From: Pseudomonadota bacterium
Lineage (GTDB): Bacteria; Myxococcota_A; UBA9042
Direction: 5' to 3'
NCBI GenBank assembly: GCA_005777155.1
Contig: SXNM01000288.1
Coordinates: forward strand, 1-40,992
DNA length: 40,992 nucleotides
Positions 8,912 to 16,965 of this stretch are shown here, in pieces. The translations under genes were made by a program, and so were the position numbers. Positions within the stretch are counted from its first letter, which is position 1. Every line of letters begins with the position of its first letter. A model generated the notes under the pieces. That model ran no database searches. It was not told the origin of the DNA and saw only the letters and a program-made list of their open reading frames with translations.

Positions 8912-9562
8912 CTATCCCTGGGCGGTCAAGGCGTCATCGTCGCGCACCGGCACCCGCAGCGCGTCGGCTCGGGCCCGCGACAACTCAAGCTGTCGCGACT
9001 CCTCCGGCTCGAAGTGGCGGCGGCAGCGGGCCTCGTAGCGCTCGGCGCTGCCGATCTCGACCGTGTGGCTGGTCCCGGCGATCTTCTGCGAGAAGGACGC
9101 TGCAGCGCCGCAGACCATGCACACCGCCTGGCTCTTGGTCACCGACTCGGCGACTGCCAACAGCGCGGGCATCGGGGTGAAGGGCCGGCCACGCCAATCG
9201 AGATCGAGTCCGGCGACGATCACCCGGGCGCCTCGCGCCGCCAGTTGGTCGCAGACGTCGACCAAGCAGTCGTCGAAAAACTGCGCTTCATCGATGCCGA
9301 CCACCTCGGTGCGGGCGTGCGTCGCCCCGAGGATTGCCGCGGCGGTTGCCACTGGCGTCGCAGACAGGCGGGTGTCGGAGTGACTGACGACCTCATCATC
9401 GGCGTATCGGCTATCGACCACGGGCTTGAAGACTTGGACCCGCTGGCGGGCGATGATCGCGCGCCGCAGACGGCGGATCAATTCCTCCGATTTGCCCGAG
9501 AACATGGGCCCACAGATCACTTCGATGCGCCCACCGCCGAGCCCGCCCCAGACCACGTTCAC
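8912..9562 (-). CDS. tdk: Thymidine kinase (type II)
   Basis: GRIEVICGPMFSGKSEELIRRLRR (P-loop), ..VVGIDEAQFFD.., ..VIVAGLDLDWRGRPF.., and zinc ribbon VCMVCG..ARCRRHF. There is no ATG between the far-upstream ATG 9658 and the P-loop. GTG 9562 (cac 9560-9562) or GTG 9556 gives the usual ~10-aa N-terminus. The start is uncertain; the function is not. Confidence 0.85.
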   Translation of the reverse strand: MNVVWGGLGGGRIEVICGPMFSGKSEELIRRLRRAIIARQRVQVFKPVVDSRYADDEVVSHSDTRLSATPVATAAAILGATHARTEVVGIDEAQFFDDCLVDVCDQLAARGARVIVAGLDLDWRGRPFTPMPALLAVAESVTKSQAVCMVCGAAASFSQKIAGTSHTVEIGSAERYEARCRRHFEPEESRQLELSRARADALRVPVRDDDALTAQG

Positions 9563-9705
9563 CCCCGCTTGGCCGTCGCCTCGGGACCGCGATGGGTCGC
9601 TGCGTCTGCCCCGCTCTGAGGCTACGGAGGTGGCCGCGATCTGGCAATCGCCGCGCATGGTCTGGCAGGCTCTGGCCCGCGAAGCCGGGCGGCAGAGGAG
9701 CGCGA

Positions 9706-10512
9706 ATGCAGGGCGAGGGTGAGGCGATGGCCGCGGTCCGGTGGGCGCAGCCGGACGGCGGAGGGGCGAAGCGGCGCCTCCGGGCCGTGATCGCCAGCGC
9801 GCTCCCCTCCATCGCGGCGCGTCGACGGACCGCCCATGAACGCCGCTTTTTCGCGTCGTTGATGCCCGCCGCCGGCCTCGCGTTCGACGTCGGCGCCTGC
9901 CAGGGCCGCTTTACGCAGCGCCTGTTGGAGCGCGGCCGCGTCGTCGCCTTGGAGCCTGATCCGACCCTCGCCGCCAGCCTGAGCGCGCGACTTGGAGGCC
10001 ACCCGGGCCTCTGCGTGGTCGCCGCTGCGGTCGGCGCAGGCGACGGGGAAGCCGAGCTGTCGCGCAGCGTCCACCCGGCCAATGGCACGCTGTCGCCGCA
10101 GTTCCGCCTCGCCTTTGAGGCTGAGGGCGGCTTGGCGGGGGCCGGCGGCGTGGTCTACCGGGAGCGTGTTCCGGTGCGGCTGGTGACCCTCGAGACGCTG
10201 ATCGCGACCTACGGCCTGCCGGACTACGTCAAGATCGACGTCGAGGGCTTCGAGGCCGAGGTGTTGGCAGGCCTCCAAAGCCCGGTCGCGGCGCTCTCGT
10301 TTGAGGTCAACGCGCCGCTCGTCGAGGTCGCCCAGGCCGCGCTGTCGAGGCTTGGGGCGCTGGCGGGCTATGAGTGCGCGTTCTCGCCGTGGGAGGAGCT
10401 TTCGCCGCGCCTGCCCTACCTAGACCCGGCCGCGTTGTCGGCGCGCTTGCCCGACCTCTGCCGCCGTGGCGCCGCCCTGACCGGCGACGTAATCTGTCGG
10501 CGACGCAGCTGA
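9706..10512 (+). CDS. FkbM-family SAM-dependent methyltransferase
   Basis: ..FDVGACQGRFTQRLLERGRVVALEPDP.. (SAM-binding glycine-rich loop) and ..LPDYVKIDVEGFEAEVLAGL.. (FkbM hallmark). ATG 9706 is preceded by GGAG (9696-9699). The longer track ORF from 9592 would overlap tdk head-to-head. Confidence 0.8.
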   Translation: MQGEGEAMAAVRWAQPDGGGAKRRLRAVIASALPSIAARRRTAHERRFFASLMPAAGLAFDVGACQGRFTQRLLERGRVVALEPDPTLAASLSARLGGHPGLCVVAAAVGAGDGEAELSRSVHPANGTLSPQFRLAFEAEGGLAGAGGVVYRERVPVRLVTLETLIATYGLPDYVKIDVEGFEAEVLAGLQSPVAALSFEVNAPLVEVAQAALSRLGALAGYECAFSPWEELSPRLPYLDPAALSARLPDLCRRGAALTGDVICRRRS

Positions 10513-10534
10513 GGCGGTCTCGTCCGCCGCGTGG

Positions 10535-11875
10535 CTACAGCAGGAAGAGATGGCAAGCGGCGATGGCGGCGACAGCTCCAGCGGCGTCGGCGCACAGGCC
10601 CGCTGCCAGGGCCCAGCGGCCGCGGCGGACTCCCACCGAGCCGAAGTAGACGGCCAAGATGTAGAACGTCGTGTCTGTGGAGCCGGCGAGGGTCACAGCC
10701 TGTAGGCCAATCGCGGAGTCCGGGCCGTGGCGGGCCAGCAGCTCGCTGCAGACCCCGAAGGCGCCAGAGCCCGACAGCGGGCGGAGCAGCGCAACCGGCA
10801 GCACCTCGGGCTCGACGCCGAGCGGACGCAGCAGCGGGCCAACGAAGGTCACGAGGCCTTCGACCGCGCCAGAAGCGCGCAGCATCGCCACCATCGCCAA
10901 GATCCCCACCAGGGGCGCCACGATGCCCAAGATGGCCTGGAGGCCCTGGCGGCCGCCAGCGAGGAACGCTTCATATACCGGGACCTTGCGCCAGAGGCCG
11001 ACGACGATGATGCCGGAGATCAGCGCCGGCAGCAGCCAACTGGTGAAGCCGTCACCCACCACGAGCGTCGCCACAATCATCGCCAGCAACGCTGCGAGCA
11101 CGATGGGCGCCCGATAGCGCGATTCGGCGCCCTCGGTCGCTACAGCGTCTCCGGCAGCCAACGTGGCCGTCGGCGTCGGGGTCGCGGCGGTGGCGGCGCC
11201 ATCGAGGGATTCGCGATCGGCCGCGGCGGGAGGCGGCGTCGCTGGCGCTGGCCCCGACGTGGCCTCTATCAGCGTCTCCTCGACCACGATCGGCGCCGGC
11301 GACCAGCGCCGGCGCAGCACCATGGACGCTAGAATCGCCACGGCCGTCGAGGTCCCGGTAGCGAGCCAGACCGCTGGCAAGATCGCAGCCGGATCGCGCG
11401 CGCCGTGGGTCGCCCTCAAGGCCAGCAGATCGGTGGGCAACAAGGCGAGGCCGCTGGTGTTGATGGCGAGGAACATGCACATGGCGTTGCTTGCGACGTC
11501 GCCGTGGGGCGAGAGCTGACGGAGCCGCTGCATCGCCTGCAAGCCAAAAGGTGTCGCGGCGTTGCCGAGGCCGAGCAGGTTGGCCGAGAAGTTGAGGACG
11601 ATGGCGCCGAGCGCGGCGTCGTCGCCAGCGACCTCTGGGAGGAGGCGCCGCAGCACGGGACGCAGCGCGTGCGCCAGCCAACGCAGGCCACCCGCGCGCT
11701 CGACGATCGCTAGCAGGCCGGTGAAGAACACCAAGGCGCCGCAGAGGCCGATGGCGACCTCTGCCGCCTTGCGCGCCCCGTCGAGCGCTGCGCGGCCCAC
11801 CGCGGCGCCGTCGACGCCGCCTAGCGCCGCCGTCGCCACCGCGCAGAGGATCAGGAGCGCGAACGCGGTGTTCAA
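10535..11875 (-). CDS. Fused SpmA/SpmB-like nucleoside-recognition (Gate) domain membrane protein
   Basis: The N-terminal half resembles SpmA (..IGLCGALVFFTGLLAIVERAGGLRWL..VLNFSANLLGLGNAATPFGL..). The C-terminal half resembles SpmB (..LRASGAVEGLV..LLRPLSGSGAFG..GSTDTTFYILAVYFG..). The two halves are joined by an Ala/Pro/Thr-rich linker. The start is TTG (revcomp of caa 11873-11875) and overlaps the upstream gene's TGA stop (11872-11874). Confidence 0.75.
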   Translation of the reverse strand: MNTAFALLILCAVATAALGGVDGAAVGRAALDGARKAAEVAIGLCGALVFFTGLLAIVERAGGLRWLAHALRPVLRRLLPEVAGDDAALGAIVLNFSANLLGLGNAATPFGLQAMQRLRQLSPHGDVASNAMCMFLAINTSGLALLPTDLLALRATHGARDPAAILPAVWLATGTSTAVAILASMVLRRRWSPAPIVVEETLIEATSGPAPATPPPAAADRESLDGAATAATPTPTATLAAGDAVATEGAESRYRAPIVLAALLAMIVATLVVGDGFTSWLLPALISGIIVVGLWRKVPVYEAFLAGGRQGLQAILGIVAPLVGILAMVAMLRASGAVEGLVTFVGPLLRPLGVEPEVLPVALLRPLSGSGAFGVCSELLARHGPDSAIGLQAVTLAGSTDTTFYILAVYFGSVGVRRGRWALAAGLCADAAGAVAAIAACHLFLL

Positions 11876-14800
11876 CCGGCACCCCCAGGCTCGACCGCCG
11901 CGCCCGTCGTCACGCCGTCGCCACCATCCCCGGCCCGAGCGACCAAGGCCTCCGCGATGGACAGCGCCATCACCGCCGCCTCCGCCGAGAGCAGCGCCGT
12001 GCCCTCCGCGGTGTCGTCGAGCGCCGCCTGTAGCAGCGCGGCGTCGGCGCTGAGCGTCGGGAGCGGTAGCGGTCGCGCCACCTCATCAGCCTGCGCGCGC
12101 AGGGTCGCCGTCGCCTCGCCAGCGCTCAGCCGGCACGTCGCCTCCAGGTGGCCCGATCGCAGGCGGAGCGTCCGCGTGCTCGCCGACGCCGCGGTGTGGA
12201 GTTGCAGCCCGACGAACCCTCCGAAGAGCTCCAACTCGGCGCGCAAAGTGGAGCCATCGTCACTCCAGTACGCTTGTAGCACCGCGCGGTGGGCCACGAG
12301 CGCGGCGCCGACCTCGCCCTCCGCGACCGCGGGCGTCTGGTTCAGAAGCGGCACTGACGTCGATGGACCCGTGATCGCCCGCGCCCACGCCCAGGCCACC
12401 GCGAGATCGTGGACCAGGAGATCGATTACGGCAGCTGTCTGCGCCGCCGCTGCGACCGGCCGCGGCGGCTCCGCCCTCTCGACCTCGATGCGCCAGCCGA
12501 CACGTTCGCCCACAGGTTGTCGCCGCAACGCCCCGAGCCATGCGTCGGCCGCCGCCCGCGTCGCTGGGTCGAAGCCGCTGGTGTGGGCCACCCGCAGCTG
12601 CGCCGCTGGGTTCGGTGTCTGCGCCAGCAAGGCCGCAGCGTCCGCCGCGTCGGCCGCGAGCGGCTTCTCGATGAGCACCCGCAACCCTGCCGACAACAGC
12701 GGGGCGGCGACCGTGGCGTGCTGACCGGTCGGCACGGCGACCACGACAAGCGCCGCGCCGGCTGCTCGCAGCGCGTCGGGCAGCGACGCTGCCGGCTCGG
12801 CGTCGACGGCGACGACCCCCTCGGGCACACGCAGGCGATCGGCCGCCCCGCGCACGACGGCCAGCCGGCGCATGCCGAGCGCCTGGGCCGCCTGCAGGTG
12901 GCGGAGCCCCATCGGCCCGAGCCCGATGACCGCCACCGCCTTCGGCTGTGCCCGAAGCTCGCCGACACCATGCGCCGCGGCGTACTCGGCCCGGACGCCG
13001 AAGCAGCGAGGCTCTAGGGCGCAGTGGCCGCAGATGGACGCCGGCTTGACGCAGCCCTCGGACTCGCCGAGGCGCCCTGCTGTCGGCACCTGCCGCAGCG
13101 CACGTGGATCGAGCACCGTCAGCTCGGGATCGAGGACGCAGAGGGCAAAGCCACACGGATGGGCGAGGTCCAGCACGGTGACGCCGCGCTCGCGTGCCCT
13201 CGCGAGGCCGGCGCGGACCGCAGGCGCCAGGGCCGACAGCATGGGCAGCACATCGGGATCGAGCGGACCGCGGTCGATGGCGCTCGCCACCGCCAGCGTC
13301 AGCTGAATGCCCGCCTGGCCTGGCGCGGGCACGAAGCGGTCGGCGCAGAGGTCAATGAAGTCTGACAGTCCCGCCACATTGACCCGATTGAGCACGTGGT
13401 TGACCACTACTCCGACGCCGGCAGCCAACAGCGCCTTCACCCCGGCCAGCGTCCGCACGAAGGTGCCAGGCGCGCCCGTAATAGCGTCGGAGGTCGCGGC
13501 GTCATGGCCGTGCAGCGAGACCAGCGCCTCGGTCAGCCCAGCCGACCGCAGCCGCAACGCCAAGTCGCCCTCGGCGAGCCGGACCGCGTTGGTCTGCAGC
13601 TGGACCCGCCCGGCACCGGCCTCCCGCGCCGCCGCACGCAGCGCCGGCAGATCAGCGCGCAGCGTCGGCTCGCCACCGGTGAACGTGATGGTCTCGGCGC
13701 TTGGGTCGGGGCTTGCCGCCAGCGCCGAGGCGATCGCCGCGACGACCGCCTCAGCGGGCATCTCCCCCGCCTCGAAGTCGACCCAGCAGAAGCGACAGCG
13801 CTGGTTGCAGGCGTGGTTGATGCGCAGGACGTGCTCGCGCCGCCGCGCCGTGGTGGCCGAGCCGTCTCTGACGTCGACGCGGTCGGTGCGTACGCCGTGG
13901 CGCGTACGCTCTTGGACGCCAGCCCAGAGCGCGCGACGCTCGTCGGTCAGGGGCGAGATCACCGCCGCCCCCAAGGCCGCGGCAAGACTCCGCTCGACGC
14001 CGTCGCAGCGCTCTCGCAGCGCGCAGACGGCGCAGCCGGGCAGCTGGACGAAGCGCGCGCCATCGCCGACGCGGCCGCCTCGCAACAGGCCCGCCAGCGG
14101 CCGAGGCCGCTCGAAGGCGCAGGGGTGGAAGCCTCGCGAGGGATCGGCGCGCAGCGCGATGCCTGCCGCCTGCAGCGCCGTCGCCGCCCTTTGCAGTCCC
14201 GGCTCTAGAGCCCGCGGCGGCGGGTGCCACGCTGCTGGCGCGAGCGTCGGGACCCTGGGCGTCGTCGCGCGATCGTGGCGCTCTGCGGGCGGCGCGCTGC
14301 GGTACGGGTGGACGATGAGGGCGTCGACGCGACCCATAGCGACGGCGCGGCGCACCAACGCGTCGAGCTCGGCCACCACATCCGGCAGCGCGACCACGGC
14401 CAACTCCAGCCGGACGCCCGCCGCGACCGCGGCCTCAGCCCCGCTCCAGGCCAGCGCCAGGGCCTCCGGTCGCCGCATGCGGACGCCGACCGCGTCTGCT
14501 TCGCCGCCACCGAGCCCGACGCGGACGCCATGGAGACCGGCCTGCTGTAGCTGACTGCAGGCGCTTGGTGACAGCGCGAAACCGTTGGTCTCGAGCCAGA
14601 CCTCCGCGACGCCAGCGGCGCACGCCGTCCGGATCAGCGCCGGCAAGCGTCGGTACAGCGTCGGCTCGCCGCCGCCGAGGACCAGTCGCCTCGGCGCGCC
14701 GCCGTGACGTCGCTGAAAGGCCTCGAGCACCGCCACGAGGCGGCGGAGCGGCCCGTCGCCCTCGCGGTCGTCTGCTGGGCCCGGCCGGTGCTCGAAGCAG

Positions 14801-14892
14801 TGCGCGCAATGGGCGTTGCAGGAGTCGATGACTCGGAAGGGCAGCTCGCCGGCGGCGGGGTCGGGCGGCGCGGAGGGCACCTCGGCGTCCAT
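11872..14892 (-). CDS. Tri-domain protein: radical SAM core 1 + radical SAM core 2 + Gfo/Idh/MocA-type NAD(P)-binding oxidoreductase domain
   Basis: CX3CX2C no. 1 is CNAHCAHC (14797-14820), with GGGEPT downstream. CX3CX2C no. 2 is CNQRCRFC (13786-13809), with TGGEPT downstream. Each core is followed by a CX2CX5C motif: CAVCALRERC-DGV (14005-14034) and CGHCALEPRC-FGV (13003-13032). The C-terminal ~355 aa starts with Rossmann motif KAVAVIGLGPMGLRH and contains ..LIEKPLA.., as in Gfo/Idh/MocA. ATG at 14890-14892. All motifs were verified by reverse-complementing the DNA. Confidence 0.8.
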   Translation of the reverse strand: MDAEVPSAPPDPAAGELPFRVIDSCNAHCAHCFEHRPGPADDREGDGPLRRLVAVLEAFQRRHGGAPRRLVLGGGEPTLYRRLPALIRTACAAGVAEVWLETNGFALSPSACSQLQQAGLHGVRVGLGGGEADAVGVRMRRPEALALAWSGAEAAVAAGVRLELAVVALPDVVAELDALVRRAVAMGRVDALIVHPYRSAPPAERHDRATTPRVPTLAPAAWHPPPRALEPGLQRAATALQAAGIALRADPSRGFHPCAFERPRPLAGLLRGGRVGDGARFVQLPGCAVCALRERCDGVERSLAAALGAAVISPLTDERRALWAGVQERTRHGVRTDRVDVRDGSATTARRREHVLRINHACNQRCRFCWVDFEAGEMPAEAVVAAIASALAASPDPSAETITFTGGEPTLRADLPALRAAAREAGAGRVQLQTNAVRLAEGDLALRLRSAGLTEALVSLHGHDAATSDAITGAPGTFVRTLAGVKALLAAGVGVVVNHVLNRVNVAGLSDFIDLCADRFVPAPGQAGIQLTLAVASAIDRGPLDPDVLPMLSALAPAVRAGLARARERGVTVLDLAHPCGFALCVLDPELTVLDPRALRQVPTAGRLGESEGCVKPASICGHCALEPRCFGVRAEYAAAHGVGELRAQPKAVAVIGLGPMGLRHLQAAQALGMRRLAVVRGAADRLRVPEGVVAVDAEPAASLPDALRAAGAALVVVAVPTGQHATVAAPLLSAGLRVLIEKPLAADAADAAALLAQTPNPAAQLRVAHTSGFDPATRAAADAWLGALRRQPVGERVGWRIEVERAEPPRPVAAAAQTAAVIDLLVHDLAVAWAWARAITGPSTSVPLLNQTPAVAEGEVGAALVAHRAVLQAYWSDDGSTLRAELELFGGFVGLQLHTAASASTRTLRLRSGHLEATCRLSAGEATATLRAQADEVARPLPLPTLSADAALLQAALDDTAEGTALLSAEAAVMALSIAEALVARAGDGGDGVTTGAAVEPGGAG

Positions 14893-15000
14893 GCAACTCC
14901 AGCGGGTGTCGACCCGATGCCCTCGCGCCAGGGTAGATCCGTGCGCGCGGCGAGACTAGCATGAGCGCTGCGCTTTGTCTGGCGCCGGCGGGGGCCCGCA

Positions 15001-16167
15001 ATGGACGTGATTGTCTGTCATCGCTCGGTCCGACTGGCTGCGGTCTTGACCCTGCTGTTGCTCGCGGCGTGCAGCGACCCCGCGACCGGTCCCGCCGGCC
15101 CCGATGGCAACGCGGGCGGCGGAGTGGATGCCGCTGTTGGCGATGGCGGTGGTGTCGGCGATAGCAGCGGCGACAGCGGCGGCGCCGGCGGCGGTCGGGG
15201 CGACGCTGGCGGTCCGGCCTCTGACTGCTCTCCAGCCGCGCGCGCAAAACGCTCCTGGTCGGTGCTCAAGGAAGGCACCGCGTCTGGCGTGTGGATGGCC
15301 GGCGCGCTGCTCGCCGATGGAACTCCGCTGCTCGTCGGTGGGCAGGCGAATCTCGGCGCCATCGCGACCCTTTCTGGCGCCGAGCTGACGACGGCGACCA
15401 TCGCCCAAGGGCCCCTGCTAACTTGGGCCTCGGTCGCAGCCGATGGCACCGCGCTTGTCGTCGGCAATGGGCGCCGCGCCCTCTGGCGAACCGCCGCCGG
15501 CGTCTGGAGCGAAGAGGAGCTGCCAGGTGGCGACAAGCTCTGGGGATGCCTACAGTTTTCAAAGGATGACGCCTGGGCCGTTGGCGCCGACGAGCCGACC
15601 AAGGACCAGTTCGTCCCTGTCGTGCTGCGCCGCACCGCCAGCGGTTGGAGCAAGGCGTCTTTGCCGACGCTGTCGAAGTCGCGTGCCCAGGCGCAGGTGT
15701 TCAAGATCGACGGCCACGACCCGAATGACGTCTTGGCTGTCGGCGACACCGGTTTGGCGCTGCGCTGGGATGGCAAGGCCTGGACCGAAGAGGAGACCGG
15801 CGTGGACGCCAACCTCGTCACCGTCCGCAAGCTCCCTGGCGGCGCCTACGTAGCGGTCGGTGGGACCGCTGCTGGGCTGGTGATGACGCGCAAGGATACT
15901 GGCGGCTGGTCGAAGCTGCACCAGCCGATGGTCGGTGTCTCTGGCGTCGACGTCTTCGGCGACCAACTCATCGTCGCCGGCAACTATGGCTGGATTGAAC
16001 ACGTCGCGCTGGCGGATGGCAAAGCCGTCGAGGTCGATGAGCTGCTCACCACCGATGTGCTCCACTTCGTGCTGCGTTTGCCCGACTGCGGGGCGCTCGC
16101 TGGCGGCGGCAACCTGCAGGTGTGGCCGAATCCGATGCAAGGGACATTGCTGCGTTTTGGGCCTTGA
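15001..16167 (+). CDS. Lipoprotein, probable beta-propeller (Ycf48/BNR-like repeats)
   Basis: Signal plus lipobox ..LTLLLLAAC (Cys24). A Gly-rich linker follows. Repeated units of the type ..AWAVGADE.., ..VLAVGDTGLALRWDGKAW.., ..YVAVGGTAAG.., ..LIVAGNYGW... Confidence 0.65.
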   Translation: MDVIVCHRSVRLAAVLTLLLLAACSDPATGPAGPDGNAGGGVDAAVGDGGGVGDSSGDSGGAGGGRGDAGGPASDCSPAARAKRSWSVLKEGTASGVWMAGALLADGTPLLVGGQANLGAIATLSGAELTTATIAQGPLLTWASVAADGTALVVGNGRRALWRTAAGVWSEEELPGGDKLWGCLQFSKDDAWAVGADEPTKDQFVPVVLRRTASGWSKASLPTLSKSRAQAQVFKIDGHDPNDVLAVGDTGLALRWDGKAWTEEETGVDANLVTVRKLPGGAYVAVGGTAAGLVMTRKDTGGWSKLHQPMVGVSGVDVFGDQLIVAGNYGWIEHVALADGKAVEVDELLTTDVLHFVLRLPDCGALAGGGNLQVWPNPMQGTLLRFGP

Positions 16168-16419
16168 GTCGCGTGGCCGCGGAGATGCGATCGGTCTGCG
16201 TCGCCTCGGGGAGCTACATGCGTTGGGTCGTGTGCCCTGTTGTGAGCCACGGCGCTTGCGGATAGTGCCGGGACTTGGCTTGAACGCGGTGTTTTTGGCG
16301 TCGGCGGGGTCCTTGCGGCGGTCGCTCGGTGAAATATCGTGCGGTGAAGTGGCGGCGGAATTCGGGAGCCTGGGTTGATTCGGGAGTCTCGCTTGCGAGT
16401 GATTGCGGTGTTTAGTCGT

Positions 16420-16584
16420 TTGAGACGGTCGTTGGACCGTTTCAACGGCGGGATTTGGTGGAGTTGAGACTGTCTTGAGGTTGTCTTGTGACCGTCCTAC
16501 GACCGTTTTGAGACCGTTTTGAGACCGTCTTGAGACCGTTTTGAGACCGTCTTGAGACCGTCTTGAGACCGTCTTGAGACCGTC
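16420..16584. repeat. Tandem array of 15 units of an 11-bp repeat, consensus TTGAGACCGTC (Y at position 11)
   Basis: Read directly from the sequence. Units 16464-16584 are, in order: ttgagactgtc, ttgaggttgtc, ttgtgaccgtc, ctacgaccgtt, ttgagaccgtt, ttgagaccgtc, ttgagaccgtt, then ttgagaccgtc four times. Four degenerate units lie in phase upstream (16420-16463, starting ttgagacggtc). Each good unit contains the 9-bp palindrome AGACCGTCT. The last copy completes the 11-bp perfect palindrome GAGACCGTCTC. Confidence 0.95.
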
Positions 16585-16737
16585 TCCGGTCCCGATGGGT
16601 GGGCCGCTGACTTTATGGCTTACGCGTCGGGTTCTGCCGGGTTGTTGTTGATAGGTGACCGTTTTGTAGCTGGCATCGCCGATTGGCATGGCGATTGCTT
16701 CCTGCAGCGCGGGACCTCTGCCGATGGGTCCTGTCGA

Positions 16738-16892
16738 CTACCCCGTTGGCCAGGGGTAGAGACCGCAGGCCGGGTCGCTGGCGGCACCCCGGGAAACCGG
16801 GGCAGGTGCCGATGGTTGACTGCGCGCTTGCGCAGGTGGGGAGGGCGTCGGGTTTCGCCGGGACTGTCCCGGGAGGGCCCCGAGATCGGGGC
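16738..16892. other. Cluster of five consecutive GC-rich hairpins in non-coding DNA (candidate structured RNA or stacked terminators)
   Basis: Hairpins read from the sequence: CTACCCC/GGGGTAG (16738-16759); CCCCGG-GAAA-CCGGGG nested in GGCA/TGCC (16783-16810); CTGCGC-GCTT-GCGCAG (16820-16835); CCGGGA-CTG-TCCCGG (16858-16872); GCCCCG-AGAT-CGGGGC (16877-16892). Strand and function are unknown. Confidence 0.3.
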
Positions 16893-16965
16893 GGCCATTG
16901 CCTGATTCCGTCGGGGGCTCACCTGACAGTGCCAACCGCGCGCCCTGAAGTCGCAGCGAAGTGCG

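Noticed and set aside
9563-9705. Maximal ORFs of tdk (to ATG 9658) and the FkbM gene (from 9592), which would overlap head-to-head by 67 nt
   Set aside because: The family-typical N-termini are obtained with GTG 9562 (tdk) and ATG 9706 (FkbM, GGAG upstream). The extensions are Arg/Gly-rich and mutually overlapping.
16420-16584. Possible CRISPR array
   Set aside because: The units are contiguous 11-mers with no spacers, far shorter than CRISPR repeats, and no cas genes are present in the window.
16597-16632. tmRNA-like 5' end (GGGCCGCUGACUUUAUGGCUUACGCGUCGGG vaguely resembles GGGGCUGAUUCUGGAUUCGACGGG)
   Set aside because: Within the next ~400 nt I found no tag reading frame ending in ..ALAA-stop, no T-arm (GGUUCGAnUCC) and no 3' CCA-adjacent acceptor complement. 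The resemblance is probably chance.
15559-16689. 376-aa minus-strand ORF spanning the 11-bp array (translated as GLKTVSRRSQD repeats)
   Set aside because: Its 3' two-thirds are antisense to the well-supported lipoprotein gene 15001..16167. The remainder is basic low-complexity sequence generated by the repeat. An 11-bp period is not codon-compatible with selection for a protein repeat.
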